A DNA stretch of 64,000 nt from Candidatus Omnitrophota bacterium (GCA_037146775.1 JBAWWL010000001.1:133464-197463); one strand, 5' to 3'. Counted from the stretch's first letter, positions 39,196 through 49,647 are shown. The notes: generated from the letters alone by a model not told the origin. Program-made: numbers and translations.

Positions 39196-40032
39196 ATGAA
39201 AAAGAAAAAAAAGTTGATAATTATAGTCTTGATTCTGATTGCTGTAATCTCGGCAGCTGTTATTTTCATAGAGAAAGAAATAAACAGTAACATTAAAATT
39301 ATTAAGGTTTCCGGTAGTATTGAAGGTGATGAGGTACGCATTTCTTTTAGGGTGGCCGGCCAAATTACCGAGCTTTTGAGCGATGAAGGCATGGTAATAA
39401 AAAAAGATGATATTGTGGCCAGGCTCAATAAAGATGAATTGAGCAAGGTTAAGGCTGAGGCTGAAGCAGCCCTAAAATATGCAGAATACCAGTATAAGCT
39501 TGATTATGATGATTATGTGCGGGCGGAAAATCTTCTTAAAGCCGGGGCAATTTCAGCACAAAAGCGTGATGCTGCCAAGACCACCATGGACACCGATACG
39601 GCAAATATCAAACGTCTGTGTGCTTCCTTGGAATTAGCCAATACAAAATTAGGCTGGGCAGATTTAGCCAGCCCCCTTGACGGTTATGTCTTGGTAAAGA
39701 GCTCTTTAGCCGGCGAAGTGGTGCAGGCAGGCACGCCGGTTTTTACCGCCATAAACTTGGATGACCTATGGGTTACTGCTTATGTTAACGAAACTGACTT
39801 GGGCAAGGTGAAATTAGGGCAGAAAGCGCATGTGCAAACAGACAGTTATCCCAACAAGAAATATAACGGGTGGATTTCGTTTATCGCCAGCCAGGCAGAG
39901 TTTACCCCTAAATATATACAAACTACCGAAGAAAGGGTTAAATACGTCTATCGGATAAAGGTAAGAGTCGACAATTCCAGTCTTGACCTAAAACCCGGCA
40001 TGCCTGCGGACGCGTATATACATATTAAATAA
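39196..40032 (+). CDS. HlyD-family periplasmic adaptor (membrane fusion protein), YbhG-like
   Basis: N-terminal TM anchor, coiled-coil, and C-terminal lipoyl/beta-barrel motifs. AAGGAGG RBS. Confidence 0.75.
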   Translation: MKKKKKLIIIVLILIAVISAAVIFIEKEINSNIKIIKVSGSIEGDEVRISFRVAGQITELLSDEGMVIKKDDIVARLNKDELSKVKAEAEAALKYAEYQYKLDYDDYVRAENLLKAGAISAQKRDAAKTTMDTDTANIKRLCASLELANTKLGWADLASPLDGYVLVKSSLAGEVVQAGTPVFTAINLDDLWVTAYVNETDLGKVKLGQKAHVQTDSYPNKKYNGWISFIASQAEFTPKYIQTTEERVKYVYRIKVRVDNSSLDLKPGMPADAYIHIK

Positions 40033-40151
40033 TACAGATGACAGAAGACAGAAGTCAGATGACAGAAGGCGGAAGACGGTGGTAAAAATCGAAATCTGAC
40101 CTCTGATTTCTGACGTCTGACCCTTGACCTCTGCGCCTGGCCTCTGAAATT
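40033..40151. repeat. imperfect inverted repeat built from tandem heptamers (GACAGAA-like arm / TCTGACC-like arm)
   Basis: Left arm cagatgacagaagacagaagtcagatgacagaaggcggaagac, right arm atctgacctctgatttctgacgtctgacccttgacctctg. Fills the whole HlyD-ABC intergenic space. Same family as 57421..57680. Confidence 0.7.
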
Positions 40152-40913
40152 ATGATTACCATCAAAACCGAAAATCTCACCCGTAAATTTGGGGCATTAA
40201 CCGCTCTCGATCGCTTGAATCTACAGGTTCAGGAGGGGGAAATCTTTGGCTTAGTTGGACCAGATGGGGCGGGTAAAACTACTACCATGCGGCTTCTAAC
40301 CGGAATTTTAGACCCCACAGAAGGAGAGGCTTGGGTTTACGATAAACATACTGTCAAAGAGGCTGAACCGTTAAAAGAGTATATTGCCTATATGTCGCAA
40401 CGTTTCGGGCTTTATGAAGAATTAACGGTGCTGGAGAATATCCATTTTTACGCCGATATTTACGGCGTAGCCAAAGAGAACCGCGAGCCTGCTATTGATC
40501 GGCTGCTAGGGTTTTCCGGACTACTGCCTTTTAAGCAACGTCTTGCCGGGAAACTTTCCGGAGGAATGAAACAGAAGCTAGGCCTTGCCTGCGCGCTTAT
40601 TCATACTCCTAAGGTCTTATTTCTTGATGAGCCGACAAACGGTGTTGATCCAGTTTCTAGGCGGGATTTCTGGAATATACTTTACGACCTTTTAAAAGAA
40701 AAAGTTACTATATTTTGTTCTACCTGCTATCTTGACGAAGCTGAGCGCTGTGGCAGAGTCGGTCTAATGCATAAGGGTAAGCTTTTGCGCTGTGAATCTC
40801 CGGATAAAATAAAAAAAGAATGTAATGTTAAAACATTGGAAGAAGCGTTTGTGACGATAATTAAAGAATACGAAGCGTCAAATCCAAATGACAAAATCAA
40901 AATTTCAAAATAA
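40152..40913 (+). CDS. ABC transporter ATP-binding protein (ABC-2 type exporter ATPase 1)
   Basis: Walker A GPDGAGKTT, signature LSGGMKQK, Walker B LFLDEPT. Confidence 0.8.
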   Translation: MITIKTENLTRKFGALTALDRLNLQVQEGEIFGLVGPDGAGKTTTMRLLTGILDPTEGEAWVYDKHTVKEAEPLKEYIAYMSQRFGLYEELTVLENIHFYADIYGVAKENREPAIDRLLGFSGLLPFKQRLAGKLSGGMKQKLGLACALIHTPKVLFLDEPTNGVDPVSRRDFWNILYDLLKEKVTIFCSTCYLDEAERCGRVGLMHKGKLLRCESPDKIKKECNVKTLEEAFVTIIKEYEASNPNDKIKISK

Positions 40914-40939
40914 ATTTTGTCATTTGAGTTTTGTCATTT
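40886..40939. promoter_or_regulatory. perfect 13-bp inverted repeat (caaatgacaaaat / attttgtcatttg) spanning the stop of the first efflux ATPase gene, plus a third direct copy
   Basis: Seen directly. Half-sites are separated by 15 nt and lie 12-65 nt upstream of the second ATPase gene start. Confidence 0.4.
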
Positions 40940-40950
40940 ATCATTAAAAT

Positions 40951-41901
40951 ATGTCTACAGAAAACATAGCCGTAAGCGTTCAGGACTTAGAAAAAAAATT
41001 CGGAGATTTCATCGCCGTAAACAAAATCAACTTTGAAGTAAAACAGGGGGAAATTTTCGGGTTTTTAGGCCCTAACGGCGCGGGAAAATCTACTACCATC
41101 AGAATGCTCTGTGGCATAATTCCTCCTACTTCCGGAACGGGAAAAGTGGGCGGTTTTGATATTAGAAAAGAGCAGTATAAAATTAAAGAACATATCGGTT
41201 ACATGTCGCAAAAGTTTTCTCTCTATAACGATTTAACCGTAGAAGAAAATATTAATTTTTATAGCGGCATATATAAAATTCCGCAAAAAGAAAAAAAAGA
41301 ACGTTTAATGGCGGTCGTACGTAGCGCCGGATTAGAGGGGATGGAGAAGAGCTTGACTGTCACTCTTGCCGGTGGTTGGAAACAACGCTTAGCTTTAGGC
41401 TGTGCGCTCCTGCATCAGCCAAAAATAATTTTTCTTGACGAGCCCACCTCGGGCGTTGACCCTATCACCCGGGCTAATTTTTGGAGTATTATCAAACAGT
41501 TGGCCGCCCAGGGAGTAACAGTTTTTATTACTACCCATTATATGGATGAAGCAGAAAATGCAAACCGCATGGTTTTAATTTACCACGGCACGATTATTGC
41601 TTCCGGAACACCTAACGAGATGAAGACTAAGTGTATGAAGAATGAAGTACTTGAGGTTGTTTTGCCAAATGCTCAAGAGTGGCTTGAAAAATTAATCAAA
41701 GTAGAAGGCGTAAAGGAAGCAGCGCTCTTTGGGGCAAGCATCCATGCGGTTGTTTACGATAGCTCCAAGGCCATACCGACAATAAAAGAATTTTTGACAA
41801 AAGAGAAAATAGGAGAATTCAGAGTAGACAAAATTCTTCCCTCTCTGGAGGACGTATTTGTTTCTTCGATAGAGAATTACGATAACGACCATAAAGGGTA
41901 G
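40951..41901 (+). CDS. ABC transporter ATP-binding protein (ABC-2 type exporter ATPase 2)
   Basis: Walker A GPNGAGKST, signature LAGGWKQR, Walker B IFLDEPT. Confidence 0.8.
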   Translation: MSTENIAVSVQDLEKKFGDFIAVNKINFEVKQGEIFGFLGPNGAGKSTTIRMLCGIIPPTSGTGKVGGFDIRKEQYKIKEHIGYMSQKFSLYNDLTVEENINFYSGIYKIPQKEKKERLMAVVRSAGLEGMEKSLTVTLAGGWKQRLALGCALLHQPKIIFLDEPTSGVDPITRANFWSIIKQLAAQGVTVFITTHYMDEAENANRMVLIYHGTIIASGTPNEMKTKCMKNEVLEVVLPNAQEWLEKLIKVEGVKEAALFGASIHAVVYDSSKAIPTIKEFLTKEKIGEFRVDKILPSLEDVFVSSIENYDNDHKG

Positions 41902-41915
41902 AAAAACATTTTAAT

Positions 41916-43049
41916 ATGAATTTAAAAAGAATTTGTGCCATAGCCTTAAAGGAATTTGTCCAAATTAAACGCGATCCCCGCTCTTTGGGTTTAGCCATAG
42001 GGATTCCGGTATTTATGCTTTTGATATTCGGCTACGGCCTATCCTTAGACATTGACCATGTGAGGACTATAGTCTGGAACCAGGATGCTTCCTCGCAGTT
42101 TAGCCGCGATTTTTTGCTTAATTTTAAGAATTCCAAATATTTTAAAATAGTCGGCTACACCGATAACTACCGCGATATACAGCATATGATTGATAGCGGA
42201 GAAGTTTTGATGGCGTTGATTATCCCTAAAGAATTCTCGCGTTATCTTGAATCGGGCAAGCCCGCACCGTTACAGCTGATAGTAGACGGAAGTGACGCTA
42301 ATACTGCGACTATTTCGATGAATTATGTGCGCTCGGTAGTTGCAAAATATAATGTGGATTTATTAACCAGCACTTTCGCCGAGCATGGCTTAAAACCTCC
42401 CAGGTTAGTGGACGCCCGCCCCAGAATTTGGTTTAACGAAGGGTTAAACAGTACTTGGTTTATTGTACCAGGAGTGATTGCGATGATTATGATGATTATT
42501 TCATCGCTGCTTACGTCTATTTGTATTGCCCGGGAATGGGAAAGAGGCACCATGGAACAGCTAATCTCTACGCCCGTGAAAACTCCAGAGCTAGTTATCG
42601 GTAAATTTATACCTTATTTTGCCATCGGGCTCTTAGACCTTGCTATAGGAGTGTTTATGGCTAGGTTTTTGTTCGGCGTCCCTTTTAGGGGCAGCTATTT
42701 TTTACTTACTGTTTTGAGCGCGCTTTTTTTAACCGGAGCCTTGTTCCAGGGAATATTAATTTCTGTGGTTGCCAGGACCCAATTAATGGCCACTCAATTG
42801 GCAAGCTTAAGCACGATGATACCGACCGTACTCCTGTCTGGATTTATCTACCCGATTTTTAATATGCCCAAGTTTATTCAACCGTTCACTTATTTAATTC
42901 CCGCGCGTTACTATATCGTTATCTTAAGGGAGTTATTCTTGAAGGGTAATGGCATACAGACGATGTGGGATGAAGCGCTTTTCTTGCTTTTATTCGCTGC
43001 CGGAATGTTGGTTCTTGCGGTGAGGAGGTTTAGGAAGAAAGTCGCATAA
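41916..43049 (+). CDS. ABC-2 family permease (YbhS/YbhR-like)
   Basis: N-terminal TM helix plus large periplasmic loop, then a 5-TM ABC2_membrane core. Confidence 0.75.
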   Translation: MNLKRICAIALKEFVQIKRDPRSLGLAIGIPVFMLLIFGYGLSLDIDHVRTIVWNQDASSQFSRDFLLNFKNSKYFKIVGYTDNYRDIQHMIDSGEVLMALIIPKEFSRYLESGKPAPLQLIVDGSDANTATISMNYVRSVVAKYNVDLLTSTFAEHGLKPPRLVDARPRIWFNEGLNSTWFIVPGVIAMIMMIISSLLTSICIAREWERGTMEQLISTPVKTPELVIGKFIPYFAIGLLDLAIGVFMARFLFGVPFRGSYFLLTVLSALFLTGALFQGILISVVARTQLMATQLASLSTMIPTVLLSGFIYPIFNMPKFIQPFTYLIPARYYIVILRELFLKGNGIQTMWDEALFLLLFAAGMLVLAVRRFRKKVA

Positions 43050-43075
43050 AACACAGATTGCACAGATTAAAATAT

Positions 43076-43124
43076 AGATTACACAGATTTTAGAAAGATA
43101 GGGAAAAATAATCTGCGTAATCTC
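43076..43124. repeat. intergenic hairpin: agattacacagatt ... aatctgcgtaatct, with cacagatt direct repeats
   Basis: 14-bp imperfect arms with a ~20 nt loop between the two permease genes. The motif cacagatt occurs three times. Confidence 0.5.
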
Positions 43125-43134
43125 TTAAACAAAT

Positions 43135-44262
43135 ATGTTTGAAAGAGCAATAGCCATTCTCGTTAAAGAATTTAAACAGGTCTTCCGTGACCCGCGGATG
43201 AAAACGGTTATTTTCGTCAGTCCGCTTGTCCAAATAATTCTTTTTGGCTATGCGGCAAATAAGGATATCAATTACGTCCCTACGGCAATTTTAGACCGCG
43301 ATAATACCTACGAAAGCCGAGAGCTCCTGCGCCGTTTTACTTACTCCAAATATTTTGTACCCGAGCATTATATTAGTAGCGAACAAGAGCAAAATCGGAT
43401 TTTGGATAAAGGCTTAGCCAGTGTTGTTATCCATATCGACCGTGGCTTTGGCAGAAACCTTAATGCCGGAAAAGACGCAAACATACAGCTTGCCTTTGAC
43501 GGTTCAGATTCAAACACAGCAATGATTATAATGGGTTATGCCAATACTATCGCAACTAAATTTCAGTATGATTTATTAGAGCAGAAGATGGAAAGCCGCG
43601 GCTGGATGAGGTCTGGTGCTAACGTAGACTTAAGAGATCGCGCCTGGTTTAATGGTAATCTTATCTCGAGGGACTATTATCTTCCCGGTGTCATTGCTAC
43701 TATTGTAACAATGATGTCTTTATTGCTTACAGCTATGGCTATAGTGAAAGAGAAAGAAATCGGTACAATGGAACAGCTAATTGTCAGCCCCCTAAAACCC
43801 TTAGAGCTTATCATCGGTAAGCTCCTCCCTTTTGGCGTAATTGCGCTTGTTCAGATTGTTCTTGTTACTATTTTGGGAGTGCTTTGGTTCCATATACCGC
43901 TAAGAGGCAACTTGCTTTTGTTGTTATTGTCCGCGTGCATATATCTATTTACTACCTTAGGCATAGGCTTGTTTATCTCTACGATATCCGCTACCCAGCA
44001 GGAAGCAATGATGTCGGTTTTTCTTTTTTATATGCCTACCATGCTGCTTTCCGGTTTTGCTTACCCCATAGCCAATATGCCTCAGGTTATTCAGTGGTTT
44101 ACTATTTTTAACCCTTTACGTTATTTTTTAGTGATTATACGGGGTATATTCTTAAAAGGCGTAGGCCTTGATATTCTTTGGACCCAGCTGGTACCGCTAG
44201 TAATTATGGGCGTCTTGGTTATCAGTTTCAGCGCTTTGCGTTTTCGAAAAACTTTAGGATAA
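43135..44262 (+). CDS. ABC-2 family permease (YbhS/YbhR-like), second copy
   Basis: Same architecture as 41916..43049. Paralogous pair as in ybhS/ybhR. Confidence 0.75.
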   Translation: MFERAIAILVKEFKQVFRDPRMKTVIFVSPLVQIILFGYAANKDINYVPTAILDRDNTYESRELLRRFTYSKYFVPEHYISSEQEQNRILDKGLASVVIHIDRGFGRNLNAGKDANIQLAFDGSDSNTAMIIMGYANTIATKFQYDLLEQKMESRGWMRSGANVDLRDRAWFNGNLISRDYYLPGVIATIVTMMSLLLTAMAIVKEKEIGTMEQLIVSPLKPLELIIGKLLPFGVIALVQIVLVTILGVLWFHIPLRGNLLLLLLSACIYLFTTLGIGLFISTISATQQEAMMSVFLFYMPTMLLSGFAYPIANMPQVIQWFTIFNPLRYFLVIIRGIFLKGVGLDILWTQLVPLVIMGVLVISFSALRFRKTLG

Positions 44263-44299
44263 TCTTTAGCGTCGCCAACGGCACACTCAAAAAAAATTT

Positions 44300-45031
44300 A
44301 TGAAACAAATTTACGATGATATTGCGCAAAAATATGCAGAAGCTCTCAAAAGTATCAAAAGAAAATATACCCTCGAAGAAACATTCCTTGATTGTGTAGG
44401 TAAGATCGAAGGCAAGAATATTTTGGATGTAGCTTGCGGAGAGGGCTATTATGCCCGGTTATTAAAAACGCGCGGGGCCAATAAAGTGGTTGGCGTTGAT
44501 ATTTCTGCAAGCATGTTGGCTATCGCCAGAGACCAAGAAAAAATTAAACCCTTAGGGGTGGAATACGAGTGTTTTAACGCAGCGAGCCTTCCCGTGTTGG
44601 GAAAGTTTGATGTGGTAACGGCAGCTTTTTTGTTGCATTACAGTAAAACCAAAGAAGAGCTTTCGGAGATTTGTAAAAATGTTTGCCTTAACCTTAAGCC
44701 GGGCGGAAAGTTTGTTACCTTGAATCTCAATCCTGCACAACCGTTACAACTGGACAAGAGATATGACTCTACCATTATAGCTACTGGCCCTTTGAGGGAG
44801 GGCGCGGTATTGAAGGTTACTTTATATCTCGATAGCCGCAAAATTTGCTCATTTGATAATTATCATTGGGCAAAAAGAACTTATGAAGCGGCTTTGTCTC
44901 GAGCGGGATTTGATGGTGTTAATTGGCGCGATATAAAAGTATCTAAAGAAGGTATTGAAAAATTTGGTTCGGACTTTTGGCAAGACTATTTAAGACAGCC
45001 GGGCGTGATTGTAATCGAATGTAACAAATAG
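44300..45031 (+). CDS. class I SAM-dependent methyltransferase
   Basis: Motif I DVACGEGYY and overall Methyltransf_11/25-like fold. Confidence 0.6.
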   Translation: MKQIYDDIAQKYAEALKSIKRKYTLEETFLDCVGKIEGKNILDVACGEGYYARLLKTRGANKVVGVDISASMLAIARDQEKIKPLGVEYECFNAASLPVLGKFDVVTAAFLLHYSKTKEELSEICKNVCLNLKPGGKFVTLNLNPAQPLQLDKRYDSTIIATGPLREGAVLKVTLYLDSRKICSFDNYHWAKRTYEAALSRAGFDGVNWRDIKVSKEGIEKFGSDFWQDYLRQPGVIVIECNK

Positions 45032-46702
45032 ATGAACGCAGGACTTTTTTTGAAAAGTTTCACAAAGCCAGCCAGAGAAATAGAAAAAATATCCGGTAAT
45101 ATCGTTGATGTAGTACATTCAACCATATATCCCGCCACGGTTATTTTAGAATCAGGGAAGATAAAAGAGATTGTAAGGGAAAATAAGGAATATAATACTT
45201 TCATAATTCCGGGCTTAATAGATGCGCACGTGCATATTGAAAGTTCAATGTTGGTGCCGAGTGAGTTTGCCCGCCTGGCCGTAGTCCATGGCACCGTTTC
45301 TACGGTTTCTGACCCGCACGAAATAGCTAATGTGCTTGGAGTCGCCGGAATAGAGTATATGCTTAGCGACGCAAGAAAGGTGCCTTTTAAATTTTATTTT
45401 GGGGCACCCAGTTGTGTCCCCGCGACTAAATTTGAAACTTCGGGGGCAGAAATAGACATTGCGTTGTTGGATGAGCTTCTCAGCCGGCCCCAGATAAAAT
45501 ATCTTAGCGAGATGATGAATTATCCCGGCGTGATAAACGGCGATCCGCAGGTTTTAGCAAAGATAGAAGTAGCCAAGAAATATAAGAAACCTATAGATGG
45601 CCACGCGCCCGGCCTTAGAGGAGAGGCCTTGAAGAAATATGCCGAAGCAGGGATAACAACAGACCATGAGACTTATGAATTGGAAGAAGCTCTTGAAGAT
45701 ATAACTTTAGGGATGAAAGTAATGATACGTGAGGGCTCGGCTGCGAAAGATTTTAATGCCCTGCATACTTTAATCGCTAAGCACCCGCGGTCTGTGATGT
45801 TTTGCAGCGACGACAAGCATCCGGATGATCTTATGCATGGACATATAAATCAGCTGGTTAAGAGAGCGCTCGATTTAGGGTATGATAAAATGGATGTTCT
45901 AAGAATCGCTTCTTACAATCCGATAAAACACTATGGCCTAGAAGTCGGGTTATTGCAAAAGGGCGATTGGGCGGATTTTGCAGTAATAGATAATTTTAAG
46001 AATTTTAATATCATCAAAACATATATTAACGGCCGGCTGGTGGCGGAAAAAGGTAAAAGTTTTCTTGAAAAGGCCTCAGAAGGCGGCATAAATAATTTTA
46101 ATGCTCATCCAAAGAAAGTGTCAGAGTTTGCAATAAAAGCCCAGAACAGCCTTATAAATGTTATAGAGGTAATAGACGGGGAATTGATTACAAGGAAAAT
46201 AAAAATTATACCTAAGGTTTCAAATGGCTATATTGTATCGGATGTAGAAGGGGATATTTTAAAAATTGCAGTTGTGAACAGATATCGGGAAGCTCCTGTC
46301 GCTGTAGGTTTTATTAAAAATTTCGGAATTAAAAAAGGCGCCATTGCTTCGTCGGTTGCGCACGATTCGCATAATATCGTGGCTGTTGGCGCCAGCGATA
46401 AGGATCTGGCTAGTGCCGTCAATTTAGTTATCCACAATCACGGAGGGCTCGCTCTTACTTGCGGTATATACAAAGAAATACTTAAGCTTCCTGTCGCAGG
46501 GCTCATGTCTAACCGGGATGGCTACCAGATAGCTAAAAAATATTCGGAGTTAAATATCGCAGCAAGGAAACTTGGCTGTAACTTAAAAGCGCCATACATG
46601 ACTTTATCGTTTATGGCTTTATTGGTTGAGCCGGAAATAAAATTAAGCGATAAAGGTCTTTTCGATTCCATATATTTTAAATTCATTAATCTTTTTGAGT
46701 GA
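45032..46702 (+). CDS. ade: adenine deaminase
   Basis: Amidohydrolase metal motif IDAHVHIES and adenine deaminase length/organisation (556 aa). The ATG abuts the upstream stop codon. Confidence 0.7.
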   Translation: MNAGLFLKSFTKPAREIEKISGNIVDVVHSTIYPATVILESGKIKEIVRENKEYNTFIIPGLIDAHVHIESSMLVPSEFARLAVVHGTVSTVSDPHEIANVLGVAGIEYMLSDARKVPFKFYFGAPSCVPATKFETSGAEIDIALLDELLSRPQIKYLSEMMNYPGVINGDPQVLAKIEVAKKYKKPIDGHAPGLRGEALKKYAEAGITTDHETYELEEALEDITLGMKVMIREGSAAKDFNALHTLIAKHPRSVMFCSDDKHPDDLMHGHINQLVKRALDLGYDKMDVLRIASYNPIKHYGLEVGLLQKGDWADFAVIDNFKNFNIIKTYINGRLVAEKGKSFLEKASEGGINNFNAHPKKVSEFAIKAQNSLINVIEVIDGELITRKIKIIPKVSNGYIVSDVEGDILKIAVVNRYREAPVAVGFIKNFGIKKGAIASSVAHDSHNIVAVGASDKDLASAVNLVIHNHGGLALTCGIYKEILKLPVAGLMSNRDGYQIAKKYSELNIAARKLGCNLKAPYMTLSFMALLVEPEIKLSDKGLFDSIYFKFINLFE

Positions 46703-46989
46703 AATAATATATAAAGACTTTTTGAGCACGCAAACTCAAGCGTGCGATCGGTATCTTACTTTTTCTATTTTTTATTTGCCAATATCTATGTAATAAGAAA
46801 ACTTATGTAGTGCGGTCTGGAATTGTATTTTTACGGTAAGTAGTTGTGTTGTTGCGTCTTATTTTAACTTTATCTTTGAAGAAGGAAAAACATAATAGGC
46901 AAGAATACTTAGGAATTAAATTTGTTTCTCTTTATGGGGTTTGTTCTGAGGTGTTGGGGGGGGGCGCGTTTTGAAAGGAGGTGGTATAG

Positions 46990-47364
46990 GTGTTTAAAAG
47001 AGCACTTTTTATAATTTTCAGTGTCTTGGTGATTGTAAATATTTATGGTTGTGCTGTTGGTGCGATCGGAATGTATGAGGCCGGCAGGGCGGCACGTGAT
47101 TTTAATGCACCATACAATAAAGTGTTTGAGGCCGCCAAAAGCGCATTTGTCTCTTTGGGTATAACTTTAAAAGGGGATACTATGGAGAAGGAGACGGCAA
47201 AGGTAAAAGGCGTATACAATGACGGTAAATACGTTAACGTTGCGATAACGAATGTTAACGGTTCGTCTTCAACGGTGGAAGTTCAGGTGGGCTCAATTAC
47301 GTCTCCCGATAAGGAACGCGCTGTCAATATTCTGGATACGATAGGTAAACAGCTTGGTTTATGA
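46990..47364 (+). CDS. hypothetical lipoprotein
   Basis: GTG start with an AAAGGAGG RBS. Lipobox NIYGCAV. 124 aa. Confidence 0.4.
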   Translation: MFKRALFIIFSVLVIVNIYGCAVGAIGMYEAGRAARDFNAPYNKVFEAAKSAFVSLGITLKGDTMEKETAKVKGVYNDGKYVNVAITNVNGSSSTVEVQVGSITSPDKERAVNILDTIGKQLGL

Positions 47365-47488
47365 ATTATTTTCGATGAGCACACAGCCGTTTCTCTGAAA
47401 AAAGCGCCAGTATGCAGAAATAATAATCCAAATTGATCCCGGCGTGTTGCGGTGACGGTGTGTCCGCCGGTTTCTTTAGCTGGAAGTT

Positions 47489-48736
47489 ATGGGATTTTTT
47501 TATCTATATAATAATAGTAAGGTATTTAAAAACTTAAGGGTTAATTCCGATAAATTTTCTTTTGAGAAGGTTCCAGGAACAGTCCGGCAATCTTGGAAGA
47601 CTCTATTATTTGTTTTGTGTATACTTTTTGTCTCTTCCGGCTCAGTACAATGTGCCGAGCCTTTGCGTTGCAGCCTTTTTGTCTCGCTGATACAGGACCC
47701 CCCGATATTTACCAGCCGCGAGGATATCGCAAGGCTCATTGATTTCGCCAAGAAGAACCATGTGAAGATTCTTTTTGTGCAGGTTTACCGGGCAAATAAA
47801 GCGTGGTTTCCTTCTAAGATTGCGGACTCCAGGCCGTACAAAGATTGTTTAAAGAATATTTCCGGTGACCCTTTTGCTCTCCTTATCGCGCAAGCCCATG
47901 CTGCCAAGATTGAGGTATATGCGTGGCTTAATGTGTTGAGCCTTAGCGCCAACAAAGACGCCAGGCTTCTTGAAAAATATGGAAGCGGTATTCTTACCAG
48001 GAATCTAAAAGATAAGAAAGTATTTGACGATTACAAGATCGATGGGCAGTATTTTCTTGAGCCCGGTGATTTACGTGTCCGGGAGGAGCTTTCGGGCATA
48101 ACGGAGGAGGTTCTTTACGCTTATCCTCAGTTAGACGGCATTCAATTCGACTATATCCGTTATCCGGACAGAAATCCGGCTTACGGATATACAAAGAATA
48201 ACGTAGCACGTTTTAAAAAAACGACCGGTAACAAAATAATCAAAGAAGATAGCCGGGTTTGGAAAGATTGGAAACGCAGCCAGGTAACAGAGTTTCTTGA
48301 AACTCTTGTCAAAAAAACCCGAGTTATCCATCCGGATATCTCGATAGCCGCGACGGGGTGTATGCCGTATTCGCGCGCATATTATGAAGCTTTCCAGGAT
48401 TGGCCATCGTGGCTTAAAAATGGGCTTGTGGATTATGTCACAATTATGAGCTATTCTCCATATCCCTTTGAGTTTGAAAAATGGATTTCTGCCGCCAAAG
48501 AAAAGGTTCGTGATTTTAAAAAAGTAAATATCGGAATCGGAGCCTACAAGTTGGTACGTTTACCCGAGACGTTTAGGGAGGAGTTTAAGTTTTGTGAAAA
48601 AGCCGGTGGTAATACCTGTGTAGTTTTTCACTACGGTAGTTTTCTTGAAAATCCTGTTCTCGGTAACATTTTAGCCAGCGATAACAATCCGCAAGAAACA
48701 CCTTCTCGCATAAAACATCTTTCAGCCATAAAATAA
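47489..48736 (+). CDS. putative glycoside-hydrolase-like protein (GHL10/DUF187-like TIM-barrel family)
   Basis: Signal-anchor region, then a pattern similar to YngK/DUF187 family proteins (…FDYIRYPD…). Assignment is from memory of the family; low certainty. Confidence 0.4.
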   Translation: MGFFYLYNNSKVFKNLRVNSDKFSFEKVPGTVRQSWKTLLFVLCILFVSSGSVQCAEPLRCSLFVSLIQDPPIFTSREDIARLIDFAKKNHVKILFVQVYRANKAWFPSKIADSRPYKDCLKNISGDPFALLIAQAHAAKIEVYAWLNVLSLSANKDARLLEKYGSGILTRNLKDKKVFDDYKIDGQYFLEPGDLRVREELSGITEEVLYAYPQLDGIQFDYIRYPDRNPAYGYTKNNVARFKKTTGNKIIKEDSRVWKDWKRSQVTEFLETLVKKTRVIHPDISIAATGCMPYSRAYYEAFQDWPSWLKNGLVDYVTIMSYSPYPFEFEKWISAAKEKVRDFKKVNIGIGAYKLVRLPETFREEFKFCEKAGGNTCVVFHYGSFLENPVLGNILASDNNPQETPSRIKHLSAIK

Positions 48737-48966
48737 AATTGGTAGGTTTCGTCTTATCTTTTCATGCGCGCAGAAGACAGCTATTTATTATTTCAAGCAC
48801 AGTTCTCGTAAGCTGCCTGATGATATATATGCAAATTGAATATAATTATATTGGTTTTGCATGTAGAATACTTTATGCAGAAAATATCCGGCAATATATT
48901 CAGGCAGAAAAATAATTTCTTATGAGAAATTAAAAATTGAAGGATAGGTAGCAAGAAAAGACAGCT

Positions 48967-49425
48967 TTATTTAAGTAGTGTTTTTTCTTTCTCGGTTAAG
49001 TCACCGCAAAAAAGCCACACCGCAATCTGCAGGCGTTCGTCGATTATTCTTATTATTTTTCCGTCTTTCGTAATATTTTGCCCCTTATCGAGGTCTTTCA
49101 CGCTCTCTTTGTCTTTGAACAAAAATATCACCTGGTATGGTACGCCGTTCTTTGTTTTCTGTTGTTCTGTGTTGAGCTGATAGTATGTTCCTTTAATATC
49201 GTTTGTGATATCAAAGAAATCGTATTCCCCGGCGTTGTTAACCGTGCCTGTGGCAGAAAGCTCTTTTCCTAAATTATCTTGTAGTATTTGGTCTTTTTGT
49301 AAATCGGTTGCTTTTTGAAAATTATCAACCAATTCCCCGATATCTGTGGTTTTGGCATGAGAAAAACTACCCGCGCCAAAAACAAAGATTAAGCAAAACA
49401 CAAAAACCTTTATCATTTTTTTCAT
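48967..49425 (-). CDS. hypothetical secreted protein (only minus-strand gene in this island)
   Basis: Signal peptide MKKMIKVFVFCLIFVFGAGSFSHA. 152 aa, no recognised domain. Confidence 0.4.
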   Translation of the reverse strand: MKKMIKVFVFCLIFVFGAGSFSHAKTTDIGELVDNFQKATDLQKDQILQDNLGKELSATGTVNNAGEYDFFDITNDIKGTYYQLNTEQQKTKNGVPYQVIFLFKDKESVKDLDKGQNITKDGKIIRIIDERLQIAVWLFCGDLTEKEKTLLK

Positions 49426-49647
49426 CTTACCCCCTTATATATAACAATAATATACCTTTTTGCAAAATAGGTTGCAAGCATTTTTTTATGGTCGTGTATA
49501 TTCTTTTGTCTTGCAAAATAAATCTACGCAGGTGTTGTGTAAAATTTTTTTATGTTTTATAGTGCGTTTTTGTAAATATACGGTAAAATATTTTACAGTG
49601 GACGGAATAAACATATTGAGTTGGTTTGTTAAGAAGGGGGGGGCTGC

